DNA of 64,000 nt from Candidatus Latescibacterota bacterium (GCA_965204375.1 OZ241986.1:4480001-4544000), one strand, 5' to 3'. Positions 9,585-19,023 are shown, counted from the stretch's first letter. The notes: generated by a model from the sequence alone, not told the origin. Numbers and translations: made by a program.

Positions 9585-10913
9585 GATAGCGTCCGTATAT
9601 TTCTGTAAAATTAAAAAAGTCACCGTAGCTCCGAGAAAAATCTTAAAATAGGGGTGAACGAAGTAATATAAACCCTAACCTTGGAGGCTACGATGACTCA
9701 CCCCAAAGATATACAAATAACCGCGCCAGAGCAATTCGTACTTTTGAATGACCCTGATTTTCTCAATCAGGCTGTGACCCGCTTCCTCCAGCAGTTTATA
9801 GAAGCGGAGATCACATCGTTTTTACAAGCAGACCCTTATGAGCGAACCACACAGCGAACGGGCTACCGTAACGGGTATAAACCTCGGATTGTCAAAACGC
9901 GCGTAGGTCGTATCGAGCTTAGCGTTCCTCAAGATCGAGAAGGGCGATTCCACAGTGGCTTATTTGCACGCTTTCAACGCAGTGAAAAAGCGCTTATTCT
10001 TGCCCTTCAAGAGGCGTATCTGCAAGGGGTCTCCACACGCAAAGTAACCAAGATCACAGAACAGTTATGTGGTACCAGCGTCTCAAAGTCTCAGGTCTCT
10101 GATCTGTGTCAAGAACTTGATGCAGACATAAACGCATGGCGCGATCGCCTCCTCGAACAGGCATACCCTTATCTGATCATTGATGCGACCTATCTCCACA
10201 TCCGCTCTGGCGGACAGGTCGCTACTCAAGGCGTCTTAATCGTTTCTGGGATCGCAGAGAGTGGACATCGAGACATCCTATCCATAGATGTGGCGCACAC
10301 TGAGACAGAAGCCACGTATGCTGATCTGTTTAAAGACCTTAAAAAGCGTGGGTTAAAGGGCGTGCAACTCGTCATCTCTGACCACCACGAAGGCTTACAA
10401 AACGCCATCAAACGACACTTTCAAGGGGCCTCTTGGCAGCATTGTCAAACCCATTTTCACCGAAACATCAAAGGCATCACACCCCCCAAGCATCAACGTG
10501 AGGTTGCCGAGGCACTTAAAGACGTTTTCAATGCACCAGATTACAACACCGCACAACAGCGCCTATCGCTACTGATGGACACCTATGAAGAGATACTGCC
10601 CAATGTGGTGGACAAAATAGACCAGGATATTATCCATTGTCTGGCCTGCTTCCACTTTCCAAAGAAGCACCAAAGACGCATCCGGACCACCAACCTGTTG
10701 GAACGACTCAATCGGGAGATCAAAAGACGGGCTGATGTGGTGCAGATCTTCCCCAATCAGGAGGCTTGTCAACGTCTGATCGGCGCCTTGTGTATGGAGT
10801 GGTCTGAAGAGTGGATCACCGGCAGACGCTATCTGGACATGAGGTATTTGAAATAAAAGCTCTGACCCCTATTTCACGGAACTACCTTTTTACAGAACTT
10901 TGGTCGGACTTGG
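9585..10913 (+). mobile_element. IS256-family insertion sequence (right end approximate)
   Basis: Left end GATAGCGTCCGTATATTTCTGTAAAA resembles the IS256 IRL; imperfect IRR TTTTACAGAACTTTGGTCGGACT; no TSD found. Confidence 0.8.
9681..10856 (+). CDS. IS256 family (Mutator-type) DDE transposase
   Basis: YRNGY.PR, GVSTRK, IDA, ISD.H.GL, WQHCQTHF, TTN.LERLNREIKRR motifs. Confidence 0.95.
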   Translation: MEATMTHPKDIQITAPEQFVLLNDPDFLNQAVTRFLQQFIEAEITSFLQADPYERTTQRTGYRNGYKPRIVKTRVGRIELSVPQDREGRFHSGLFARFQRSEKALILALQEAYLQGVSTRKVTKITEQLCGTSVSKSQVSDLCQELDADINAWRDRLLEQAYPYLIIDATYLHIRSGGQVATQGVLIVSGIAESGHRDILSIDVAHTETEATYADLFKDLKKRGLKGVQLVISDHHEGLQNAIKRHFQGASWQHCQTHFHRNIKGITPPKHQREVAEALKDVFNAPDYNTAQQRLSLLMDTYEEILPNVVDKIDQDIIHCLACFHFPKKHQRRIRTTNLLERLNREIKRRADVVQIFPNQEACQRLIGALCMEWSEEWITGRRYLDMRYLK

Positions 10914-11103
10914 AAGCGAGGAAGATATTATAGCAGTGAGGGCAAACTTTACAAAGTCCAGCAGAATGCAACTCAAAAAGGTTGGAGAATTAGAAAGAGG
11001 GGATGATTTAGTAGTTGAGTGTGTCGTTGCAGGAATTGACAAGGACAACAATATTCATCTCAACGAATCTCGCATTATAGTCGAAGGTGTTGTCAGAAGG
11101 TAG
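10900..11103 (+). pseudogene. C-terminal fragment of an OB-fold (tRNA_anti-like) protein truncated by IS256
   Basis: VRANF...LERGDDLVVECVVAG...IHLNES pattern; no proper start, abuts IS end. Confidence 0.45.
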
Positions 11104-11176
11104 AAGTTGAATGTGTAAATTTTCTCTTGTGCATTAGAGAGAGTTTGTCTAAATTCAAAGAAACAACAATTATAGT

Positions 11177-11207
11177 GGGATCGACCGAGCACCATTCGGT
11201 CGATCCC
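11177..11207 (+). promoter_or_regulatory. 12-bp perfect hairpin in 5' leader of cargo genes
   Basis: GGGATCGACCGA gcaccat TCGGTCGATCCC. Confidence 0.6.
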
Positions 11208-11259
11208 GTTTGCCATTTTGAACCAATCTCCTTAGAGGAGACCCATAAAGGGATCAAAA

Positions 11260-11436
11260 ATGACAAATAAACAAGAGATTATCAACTTTTACTGTGACAG
11301 TCTGAGCCATCTGGCAATGATGCTGAAAATTAATAGAGCGAAAGGATACCAACTAACAGACTACAAAATTGTAGAGAAACAATTCAGTTACGGAATCCAG
11401 GTCGATCACTACATCCAGATGAAATTACAAAATTAA
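11260..11436 (+). CDS. 58-aa hypothetical protein (below ORF-track cutoff)
   Basis: MTNKQEIINFYCDSLSHLAMMLKINRAKGYQLTDYKIVEKQFSYGIQVDHYIQMKLQN; AAGGGA RBS. Confidence 0.55.
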   Translation: MTNKQEIINFYCDSLSHLAMMLKINRAKGYQLTDYKIVEKQFSYGIQVDHYIQMKLQN

Positions 11437-11529
11437 CTGTCGGACGGACGGGAAGCCAAGCCTTGCGAGATATGTAGTTAGAAAATCAAACATTTGCAGA
11501 GAGTAAATTAACCTGAGAGGAGAACAGTA

Positions 11530-11754
11530 ATGGCTAAGAAATTTGACCATACGTTAAAATACGTATGCTTTGAAGTAAAAACAGAACCACCTGAATTCAT
11601 ATCACATACGGGACGAAACCAAACTTTAGAAGAAGCCTTAAGAGGGTATAGAGAATACAAAGTAATACATATAGAAAGTATGCCAGGAGATCACAAAAAT
11701 GAAAGAATATACTTCGTTGTTATGGAGTATGAAGGTGTAGAGGAGGAAGTATAA
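11530..11754 (+). CDS. 74-aa hypothetical protein
   Basis: GAGGAG RBS, AT-rich coding, followed by terminator. Confidence 0.7.
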   Translation: MAKKFDHTLKYVCFEVKTEPPEFISHTGRNQTLEEALRGYREYKVIHIESMPGDHKNERIYFVVMEYEGVEEEV

Positions 11755-11815
11755 TAATTATAAGAGAGATAGCAAGCAGTAGAAACAACTAAAATCAATC
11801 AAATAAACAACGCGG

Positions 11816-11847
11816 AGGTCGTCTCAGACAGGAGACGACCTTTTGTT
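11816..11847 (+). terminator. Intrinsic terminator at right end of cassette
   Basis: AGGTCGTCTC/GAGACGACCT stem followed by TTTGTT. Confidence 0.75.
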
Positions 11848-11907
11848 AGTAAGTGACTGTGAACTAATAATTTAGAGAATAAGCCTGTAAGCGTAAGGAC
11901 CCTTTTT

Positions 11908-12087
11908 TTAATTCTTTTTCTCGTCTGAATCCTTTTCCACGCCATTATTGGCATGAATGATTGACAAATCAATCTCGGGATATGCTTTTTTGATGGCGTC
12001 AAGAATTTCTTGACGGCCTTCCTGGAGACCTTCTTGACGACCCTCTTCACGACGTTTTTCAAAGAAACGTTCCAGTGCCCAATTCAT
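11908..12087 (-). CDS. Small protein with EG(R/L)QEG repeats (Rpn C-terminal-like)
   Basis: EEGRQEGLQEGRQE; GAGGGGAG RBS; its stop codon lies in the TSD. Confidence 0.55.
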   Translation of the reverse strand: MNWALERFFEKRREEGRQEGLQEGRQEILDAIKKAYPEIDLSIIHANNGVEKDSDEKKN

Positions 12088-12146
12088 GGTATCTCTCCCC
12101 TCAAAACTATCGAGACAATTATTGCGACAGTGTAGCAACAATCTCC

Positions 12147-14516
12147 TCACCGCTCAACAGACCCCATACTATCTGCCTCTCTCGGCGGCGTCCCCAATTT
12201 CCATCTGTCTATAAGCCTGCGTATATCTTCGGGATTTTCAAGCGGTGGACCCAGGCGGAGCAGGTTTTCAAGCGAAGAAACAGCACGAGTTATATCACCC
12301 GACTCGTAAAAATAGATAGCCAGCGCGTGATAGTGTGTGCCAACGAGTTGCCATGTCTCTGGGAAATCGAGCGCGTATGGAGGCACGCGTTTTTCGACTT
12401 CCAAGAGAACATCATAAGCCTCTCTGTGCATACCCAGCCGAATGTACGCGCGGACAAGCCCATCAAAGAGAATCAAGTAATTGCTGAGCAAACGGCGAGC
12501 AACCGGGTCTTTGTGAACCGTACTATCCGCAACGCCGGTGTACCGATAGACATCGAGCAAATTGCGCCTGATCTTTTCCTCCTCAAACTGCTCGGGTCCC
12601 CGGGTCCTGACCAATTTATACGCCATCCCCTCCATAGACAAATAAGACTTCAAACCCGCCATATTAATATCGGGTACGGTCACGGCAAAATAAATGGGCC
12701 GCTTTTCCCAGTTGTGTTTCACAACGCGCCATATCATCAAAGTATGGGGTTCCAGAACCGGCACCGTCTCTCTGCCTCTGCCCGTGGGATACCCGACTAT
12801 GGGAAGATCCCCCCCCTCGAGTTTAAGACCTGCTACCTCTACGCTTCTGTCGTAATCCCAGGGAAGAGCCCCAAGCCATTCTTCAATCTCATCATCCTCC
12901 AGATCAAATTCAATACCGAGCCTCTTCAGCTGTTTAATGTACCACGAAGTCTTAATCAAACTGAGATTGACAATTTGAATATCGTTTCGCACGCCCTCAA
13001 CGCCCTGCAAAAACCACAGAGGATACGTATCGTTATCCCCATTGGTAAACAAAATCGCATTCTCCTCACAGGTAGCCATAATATTATAGGCATAATCATA
13101 GGACACAAAATCGCCCGTGCGATCGTGTACGTGATAATTTTTCACCAGAATACCCGATGGCACCAGAAGCATGAGGATCGCCGCGACACCTGCCAGTGAT
13201 GGCGTCTTCATCCAGGCGATAAGCCCCGCAGCACCAATACCCATCCATACACCAAAAAATGTATAAGCCCCCACAAAGATATATTCGCGCTCGCGGGGTT
13301 CTGGATCGGGCATATTGAGATAAAGCACAAGCCCCACGCCCATCAGGGCAAACATGGCAAAAAGGGAAGCAAAGCGTTTCCAATCCATACGCAGGTGATA
13401 CACAGCACCGCCAATGCCGAGCGCGAGCGTAATCAGAGAATATTGAATGATCTGATATCGGCTCATATAAACATCTACGGCACGGCGAAAAACTGCGGAG
13501 ATCCCATCAAAAAACGGAAACTGCTGGAGAAAATATTTGATAAAAATATTAAACTGAAAAGCCCAGGGTTCGGCGCGGCGTGGAAAAACAAGGTGGATCC
13601 CGTATTGCTGGCGCCCCATAAATGCTTTGAAATTCTCCCAGGTCTCGGGATCGTTCATATCAATCACAGGATTGAGACCCGAACGGATAAAAAGGGCGAA
13701 ATACGTGGAAAAACCCAGCGCACCGATGACAACTCCCAAAACCCAGAACTGAGGGCTGCGCCACTCAGGTCTCAAAATGAGCAACCCGATGATGACAGCA
13801 CCCGTCAGGAGTGCGGCGACACCAATGGGAAAAACAATAGATAAGAAAGGATAGAGGGTAAGCCCCACGACCACGAGCACCTGATGCTTAAGTGGTCGAT
13901 CTTCCATCAAATCGGTAAAAAGCAGAATGAGAATACCGGGAATGGTGAGCAAACACTGGAGATGTACACCTGCGCCGAGTCCAAAAAGATAGGCAATAAA
14001 GAGCAAGAGGCGATCGCTATTGTGGTCTTTGTGCGCGTCATCCCAGCGCAGAGCCACCCACACCGCCAGCATGGTAATACACATCGACAGGCCATAAACC
14101 TCGGCTTCGATGGCGTTATTCCAAAAAGAAAAAGAGAAAGCCGTGCTGAGGGAGGCAACCACACCACCAACAAGGATAGCGACTTGTTGGATAGTATCTT
14201 CGCGATCCAACCAGGAGGAGAGCAAACGGACAGTACACAAATAGATGAGAACAACTGTGGCAATACCAGCAGCAGCCGACAGGAGATTCACGCGAAAAGC
14301 GATTTCTCCAAAAGGCAACATGGAAAAGATACGCCCCAGCAAAGTATAGAACGGCGCGCCGGGGGGATGGGGAATGCCCAGAGTATAAGCAGTGGTGATG
14401 AACTCGCCACAGTCCCAAAATGCAACAGTAGGTGCCAGTGTCGAGAGATAGATAACAGTCGTGACAAAAAATACCAGACCAGCGACGATCTTATTGCGCT
14501 GTCCAAATCCGTTCAT
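12147..14516 (-). CDS. DUF2723 / GT117 (TMEM260-like) membrane glycosyltransferase
   Basis: WDCGEF, HPPGAP, EAEVY, RERE/YIF, TNGDNDTYPLW motifs. Confidence 0.9.
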   Translation of the reverse strand: MNGFGQRNKIVAGLVFFVTTVIYLSTLAPTVAFWDCGEFITTAYTLGIPHPPGAPFYTLLGRIFSMLPFGEIAFRVNLLSAAAGIATVVLIYLCTVRLLSSWLDREDTIQQVAILVGGVVASLSTAFSFSFWNNAIEAEVYGLSMCITMLAVWVALRWDDAHKDHNSDRLLLFIAYLFGLGAGVHLQCLLTIPGILILLFTDLMEDRPLKHQVLVVVGLTLYPFLSIVFPIGVAALLTGAVIIGLLILRPEWRSPQFWVLGVVIGALGFSTYFALFIRSGLNPVIDMNDPETWENFKAFMGRQQYGIHLVFPRRAEPWAFQFNIFIKYFLQQFPFFDGISAVFRRAVDVYMSRYQIIQYSLITLALGIGGAVYHLRMDWKRFASLFAMFALMGVGLVLYLNMPDPEPREREYIFVGAYTFFGVWMGIGAAGLIAWMKTPSLAGVAAILMLLVPSGILVKNYHVHDRTGDFVSYDYAYNIMATCEENAILFTNGDNDTYPLWFLQGVEGVRNDIQIVNLSLIKTSWYIKQLKRLGIEFDLEDDEIEEWLGALPWDYDRSVEVAGLKLEGGDLPIVGYPTGRGRETVPVLEPHTLMIWRVVKHNWEKRPIYFAVTVPDINMAGLKSYLSMEGMAYKLVRTRGPEQFEEEKIRRNLLDVYRYTGVADSTVHKDPVARRLLSNYLILFDGLVRAYIRLGMHREAYDVLLEVEKRVPPYALDFPETWQLVGTHYHALAIYFYESGDITRAVSSLENLLRLGPPLENPEDIRRLIDRWKLGTPPREADSMGSVER

Positions 14517-14543
14517 AGTATTTCTACTCGCAAGTATGGGTTC

Positions 14544-15224
14544 TCACTCTGGAAGGTCTTCGGGTCGCTCAATTTCAATATCGACAAACGTGCCGTCAAC
14601 CCGTGCCATAACATAAAAAACCTCATTGCCCCTCAAGACCCATACTGAACTACCTGTACCGTGCATGAGAACGGGTTCAGAGGGACCATAGGTATTGGGA
14701 GGCAGGTCTTCGGGTCCATAAATCTGCACACTCCCATACGTGGGATCCCATTTCAAAAAAAAGAGACTATCGCCCTTCAAAACCCAAGCTCTGGACCCAC
14801 CACCAGCCATCATAATCGGTTCCGATCCAGCATCTGAATCCGGAAGTTCTTCAGGACGCTCGACTTCCAGTCTCACAAACGTACCTTCGCGTTTTGCAGC
14901 GACAAAATAGACATCGTCGCCCCGCAGTATCCATGCAAAATCACCCGTGCTTTGCAGGATCAGAACTTCTTTGATATCCTCACCACCGATTTCCTGGGGA
15001 CCGTAAATCTGCGCTTGTTCAAACTCCCTATCCCATTTGAGATAGTAAATTTTATTGCCTTTCAAAATCCAGGATGTCACCCCGCTACCGCCTATCATAG
15101 CGGGTTCGGGTTCTTCTTCATCCTGGGCAAAAACAGGCGCGGGTTTAGACAGCGATAAGCTTGTGCAAGCAGTGGAAAGTAAAAACAGAGCAAGGAGCAC
15201 ATAGAAAAAACGCCGATTAGACAT
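14544..15224 (-). CDS. Putative lipoprotein with four ~45-aa beta-rich repeats
   Basis: Signal peptide ending LLSTAC; W(I/V)L(K/R)G..(Y/F) repeated four times. Confidence 0.7.
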   Translation of the reverse strand: MSNRRFFYVLLALFLLSTACTSLSLSKPAPVFAQDEEEPEPAMIGGSGVTSWILKGNKIYYLKWDREFEQAQIYGPQEIGGEDIKEVLILQSTGDFAWILRGDDVYFVAAKREGTFVRLEVERPEELPDSDAGSEPIMMAGGGSRAWVLKGDSLFFLKWDPTYGSVQIYGPEDLPPNTYGPSEPVLMHGTGSSVWVLRGNEVFYVMARVDGTFVDIEIERPEDLPE

Positions 15225-15376
15225 GTGTGATCCTCCGGTTGAGATAAAAAAATTTTTAGACGGACAAATGTATGGGTTATGGAAGAATGAGTCAAGGGGC
15301 GGCGAGACGTGAATGGCTCCCCCCTCTTACCTCTCACCTTTAAACTATACACCCCAGCAAACCAAAAGTTCTAACC

Positions 15377-15421
15377 AAAAAAATAATAGGCCACATCGGG
15401 CGAACCCGTTTGTGGCCTATT
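15377..15421 (-). terminator. Intrinsic terminator after sigma factor gene
   Basis: AATAGGCCACA...TGTGGCCTATT stem and T-tract on minus strand. Confidence 0.75.
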
Positions 15422-15437
15422 GGAATAGCGGTCCGTA

Positions 15438-16295
15438 TTAATGCAAATAAGATTTCAGCGGACGGCTGCGCGAAGTATGGCGCAATCGCCGAAGTGCTTT
15501 CTCTTTAATCTGACGCACGCGCTCTCGAGTCAATCCAAAACGTTCGCCAATTTCCTCGAGGGTAAGTGGCTGTTCGCGATTGATGCCAAAATAAAGTGTA
15601 ATAACTTCGGCTTCACGAGGGGTGAGGGTAGCGAGGGCTTTTTCTATTTCTCGTCTGAGTGCGTCATCGAGAAGTGGATCGTCGGGAGGGGGTTGCATGC
15701 CGTCTTCGAGCACATCGAGCAGATTATTGTCTTCGCCATCTTTAAATGGCGCATCCAGTGAGAGATGCCGGCTCGAAATTTTGAGTGTATCGCGCACTTC
15801 AAAATCATTCATGCCGAGTTCATCGGCAATTTCACCTGGACTGGGTTCGCGACCATACTCCTGTTCGAGACCACTCGATGCCTTGCCAATTTTGTGGAGC
15901 GCGCCAACTCGATTCAGCGGCAGGCGCACAATGCGAGATTGCTCGGCCAGAGCCTGTAAAATCGCCTGTCGGATCCACCACACGGCATAAGAAATAAATT
16001 TGAAACCCTTAGTTTCATCAAAACGTTTGGCAGCTTTGATAAGCCCAAGATTTCCTTCATTTATCAGGTCGCCCATCGAAAGGCCCTGATTCTGGTATTG
16101 TTTGGCGACACTTACCACAAATCTCAGGTTGGCTGTGGTCAATTCTTCCAGGGCACCTTGATCGCCCTTTTTTATTCGTTTGGCCAGCACGACTTCCTGG
16201 TCTGCTGTAAGCAACGCGACTTCGCCAATTTCTTGCAAATACTGATCCAGTGATTCGTCTTCACGAGCATAAGGTCTTTTAGATAGTCTTGGCAC
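15438..16295 (-). CDS. RNA polymerase sigma-70 factor, RpoD/SigA family (no region 1.1)
   Basis: [40 protein letters not shown]...[12 protein letters not shown]; GTG start with RBS. Confidence 0.95.
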   Translation of the reverse strand: MPRLSKRPYAREDESLDQYLQEIGEVALLTADQEVVLAKRIKKGDQGALEELTTANLRFVVSVAKQYQNQGLSMGDLINEGNLGLIKAAKRFDETKGFKFISYAVWWIRQAILQALAEQSRIVRLPLNRVGALHKIGKASSGLEQEYGREPSPGEIADELGMNDFEVRDTLKISSRHLSLDAPFKDGEDNNLLDVLEDGMQPPPDDPLLDDALRREIEKALATLTPREAEVITLYFGINREQPLTLEEIGERFGLTRERVRQIKEKALRRLRHTSRSRPLKSYLH

Positions 16296-16393
16296 TTCGT
16301 CAACCTCTCCTTCTTTGCACAGGGGATTTGCGCAGGTAGATAACACCTGCAAGGATAAAGGACAAAGGTCTGTGAAACGACAAAGGGAGAATC

Positions 16394-16410
16394 TTACATG
16401 AATACCTCCT
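16394..16410 (-). promoter_or_regulatory. Strong SD followed by ATG-TAA start-stop element in sigma factor leader
   Basis: Minus strand AGGAGGTATTC ATG TAA. Confidence 0.5.
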
Positions 16411-16496
16411 ATCTTTACCCGATTGCCATGCTAAATCCCTTCCCTTTCTCGACACGGCAACGAGGCTCTAACTTCTGGTGGGGCCAGAAGAAGTTT

Positions 16497-16814
16497 CTAA
16501 TCTTCTCTATCTGATTCTTGTAATGTTTTGAATTGCGCTTCCTGATTTTGCAATTGCTCTTCGAGCTTGCCAATAGTCGCGATTTGACCTTGAACCGCTT
16601 CAGTTTGTGCCTCAATGGCGGCCTCATGATCTTTGAGTTCCTCGTATATTTGTCCGCCAAGTTCAGTAAATGCATCGTGAATATCGTGGCGGGTACGTGC
16701 AATATCGAGGCGTGCGCGGCCGAGTTTGCCCAGATGTTCGGCTTTTTCCGCAGCTGTAGCTGCGCCATCGCGAAGACCTTGCTTGATTTTTTCCCAAAGA
16801 GTTTCGGAATTCAT
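16497..16814 (-). CDS. Coiled-coil hypothetical protein
   Basis: GGAG RBS; LWEKIKQGL..GA..AAEKA..LG...ELG..IY heptad pattern. Confidence 0.75.
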   Translation of the reverse strand: MNSETLWEKIKQGLRDGAATAAEKAEHLGKLGRARLDIARTRHDIHDAFTELGGQIYEELKDHEAAIEAQTEAVQGQIATIGKLEEQLQNQEAQFKTLQESDRED

Positions 16815-16830
16815 TGTGTTTGCTCCAGCA

Positions 16831-17286
16831 TTAAGCGTCAGTTTGATTTCTTTTTGCACTGCGAAGTTCGGATAGCAACTGCGCTCGATTTGCGCGTGAA
16901 ATCTCCCGCCCCTGAATATTAATACCCGGCGTTTCACGAGCAATCTGGCGCAGGCGATGTACCGGCAGATTTTCGAGATCCTCTTCGTTCTCTTCGCCTA
17001 CTTCATCCGCTTTTTCCACCAACCCAAAAACATCGACGAGATCTTCGTGTGGATTCGGGATCACGTGATGCGCCACCAGAGTGCCCACCTGTTGCGCAGC
17101 CTGCACACCAGCTTCAACCGCAGCCTGCACTGCGCCAACATCGCCTAAAACGCGAATCGAAATAATACCACCTTCTATTTGTTCAACAGCAGACAACTCA
17201 ACAGCCGCGGCTTTGGTTGCTGCATCGGCAGCTTCTGTAACGCCGACAAAACCCAGCGTTTCAATGAGTCCGAGGGCAGGTTTCAT
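16831..17286 (-). CDS. BMC-H shell protein with C-terminal Rho-N-like extension
   Basis: ALGLIET.G..AADA..KAA.V, GDVGAVQAAVEAG, HVIPNPH; tail LRQIARE...ISRANRAQLL. Confidence 0.9.
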   Translation of the reverse strand: MKPALGLIETLGFVGVTEAADAATKAAAVELSAVEQIEGGIISIRVLGDVGAVQAAVEAGVQAAQQVGTLVAHHVIPNPHEDLVDVFGLVEKADEVGEENEEDLENLPVHRLRQIARETPGINIQGREISRANRAQLLSELRSAKRNQTDA

Positions 17287-17586
17287 AAATGCTTATTTCC
17301 AAACAAAGAAAAGCGGCTACTCAAAACGCCATGTGCGTATGAACAGCCGCCGAACAAATCTATTCAACGGTGTGTATTTTTGGCAGAGAAAATGAAAATG
17401 ATGGTATGATCCAACGGAAGGTTCATTAGACTTGCCAATCTACTAATGTGTGGATTTATATGGATACCGCGAGAGTCAAAAGTAACAAATTTAAGGCCAG
17501 ATGTCACGCATTTTTTTACATGTGAAAGCTGTCCTAATGTTATGTATTGTAATATAGTTACATAGCTTATAAAATATATCCGCGAG

Positions 17587-19023
17587 TTACCTGCGAAAAC
17601 GACTCAGCCCCTCAGCAGTGCCAAACCAGACATATCCGCCATCTCGAAGAACAACCTGTACCCGCGTGTGTGCAAGACCATCGTACATCGTGTAATGTGT
17701 CCAGAGGTGGCGCGGCACATCCAGAAGAAAAGCTCCTGCGCTCGTGGCAACCCACACCTCATCGTTATTGGCCTCAATTGAGACGCGGTCTCTCCCGCCT
17801 ATCTCGGAGAGGGGATATTCGCGCCAGGTATTATCTCCCGGTCTATATCGCACGGCTGCTGATGGGACGTTTGTAGCAAGCCACAGATCATTGTTGTGCA
17901 TAGCCAGCGCGCGTACCTTTCGTTTGGCAATATTATGGGCCACAGGCCGCCAGGTGCGATCTCCTCGGGCACATTGAAAAAGACCGCTCTCAGTACCTGC
18001 CCATATATAATCGGGACCCGCAACCAGAGCATTGATAATCGCGTATTCGCTACCCTGCACATAGTCGAGCGAGTCTGCTTTAATATCCAGCATCGCCAAA
18101 CCGCGTTCCGATCCAATCCAGAGAATGTCGTTATCGCGTGCCAGTGCCTGCACCTGTCCCCAAAGGCGGGTCTCGCGATAAGTAAACCATTGTCCAGTGC
18201 GTCTGTAATACCGCATCAGACCATTGTGGGTGCCAAACCACACATTCTCACCCCCGGGTAATATCGTAACAATCTGAGGATCATCCAGACCGATGATGCG
18301 GTTAGCCTCAAAATATTCCCACGTATTCGTACCAGAGCGATATCGGGTAATGCCTCGCGCAGGTGCGCGATAAGTGTCCGCACCCCCAATCCACAACACA
18401 TCGCCATCGCGTGCAATAGCAGTGACGTTTTCTTCCAGCGGACCATAAGTGAGAAATGAAAGCTGACCATCGAGGAGTTCGGCCTGCCCCACGCCCAGCC
18501 CCCACGTGGCGATCCAGAGATGGCGCCACGAGTCAATCAACACATCTGTAATCGCATAGTTGCGCCGGGGACCTATGACCTGGTGCTCATCGACATAATA
18601 CCCAAAAGGCGGAAAAATCGGTGGAATTTGGGGAACTGACCGCGGATTGTGGAGATGTGCAGGAGGCCTGCCCCCCGGCATGACGCTCTGTACACCAGTA
18701 AGCCATCGCCCCACACCCGAAGGCGTTTCAAACCACAGGTCACCTGTATCGCTATCATAAGCAATCCGCTGCACCCTATTATCCGGCAGGCCATCGCGGG
18801 TTGTTACCGGGCTCAACCATGTCTTGGCAAACCGATCATAACGGCGAATGCCCCCAGTCGTCGCCACAAAAATGACCGTCGGGCTTTCCGCTATGGACGT
18901 GACGTAATTCATGCTGGTAAAATTTTCCCAGCGATCACGGTCATACGCGGATGAAGGCGCGGAGAGCAGAACGGTCAGAAGCGCGATAGAGAATCGCACT
19001 GCACGTCGGTAAATTAAAAACAT
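17587..19023 (-). CDS. Secreted beta-propeller protein (two-component regulator propeller-like repeats)
   Basis: Signal peptide; repeated (V/L)W(F/I)(G/A)T..GL and DGLPDN motifs. Confidence 0.75.
   Translation of the reverse strand: MFLIYRRAVRFSIALLTVLLSAPSSAYDRDRWENFTSMNYVTSIAESPTVIFVATTGGIRRYDRFAKTWLSPVTTRDGLPDNRVQRIAYDSDTGDLWFETPSGVGRWLTGVQSVMPGGRPPAHLHNPRSVPQIPPIFPPFGYYVDEHQVIGPRRNYAITDVLIDSWRHLWIATWGLGVGQAELLDGQLSFLTYGPLEENVTAIARDGDVLWIGGADTYRAPARGITRYRSGTNTWEYFEANRIIGLDDPQIVTILPGGENVWFGTHNGLMRYYRRTGQWFTYRETRLWGQVQALARDNDILWIGSERGLAMLDIKADSLDYVQGSEYAIINALVAGPDYIWAGTESGLFQCARGDRTWRPVAHNIAKRKVRALAMHNNDLWLATNVPSAAVRYRPGDNTWREYPLSEIGGRDRVSIEANNDEVWVATSAGAFLLDVPRHLWTHYTMYDGLAHTRVQVVLRDGGYVWFGTAEGLSRFRR

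Larger units (their letters stand above)
8679..11902. mobile_element. Non-autonomous cargo cassette (IS1595-like MIC/tIS derivative) with 25-bp TIRs and 8-bp TSD
   Basis: Left TIR GGGACCTTACGCTTACAGGCTTATT (8679-8703), right TIR AATAAGCCTGTAAGCGTAAGGACCC (11878-11902), 24/25 match; TTTTTTTA at 8671-8678 and 11903-11910. Confidence 0.85.

Noticed and set aside
12075-13199. 374-aa plus-strand ORF and other long antisense ORFs (e.g. 27969..29060, 19269..20123)
   Set aside because: Shadows of well-supported genes on the opposite strand with no recognisable motifs
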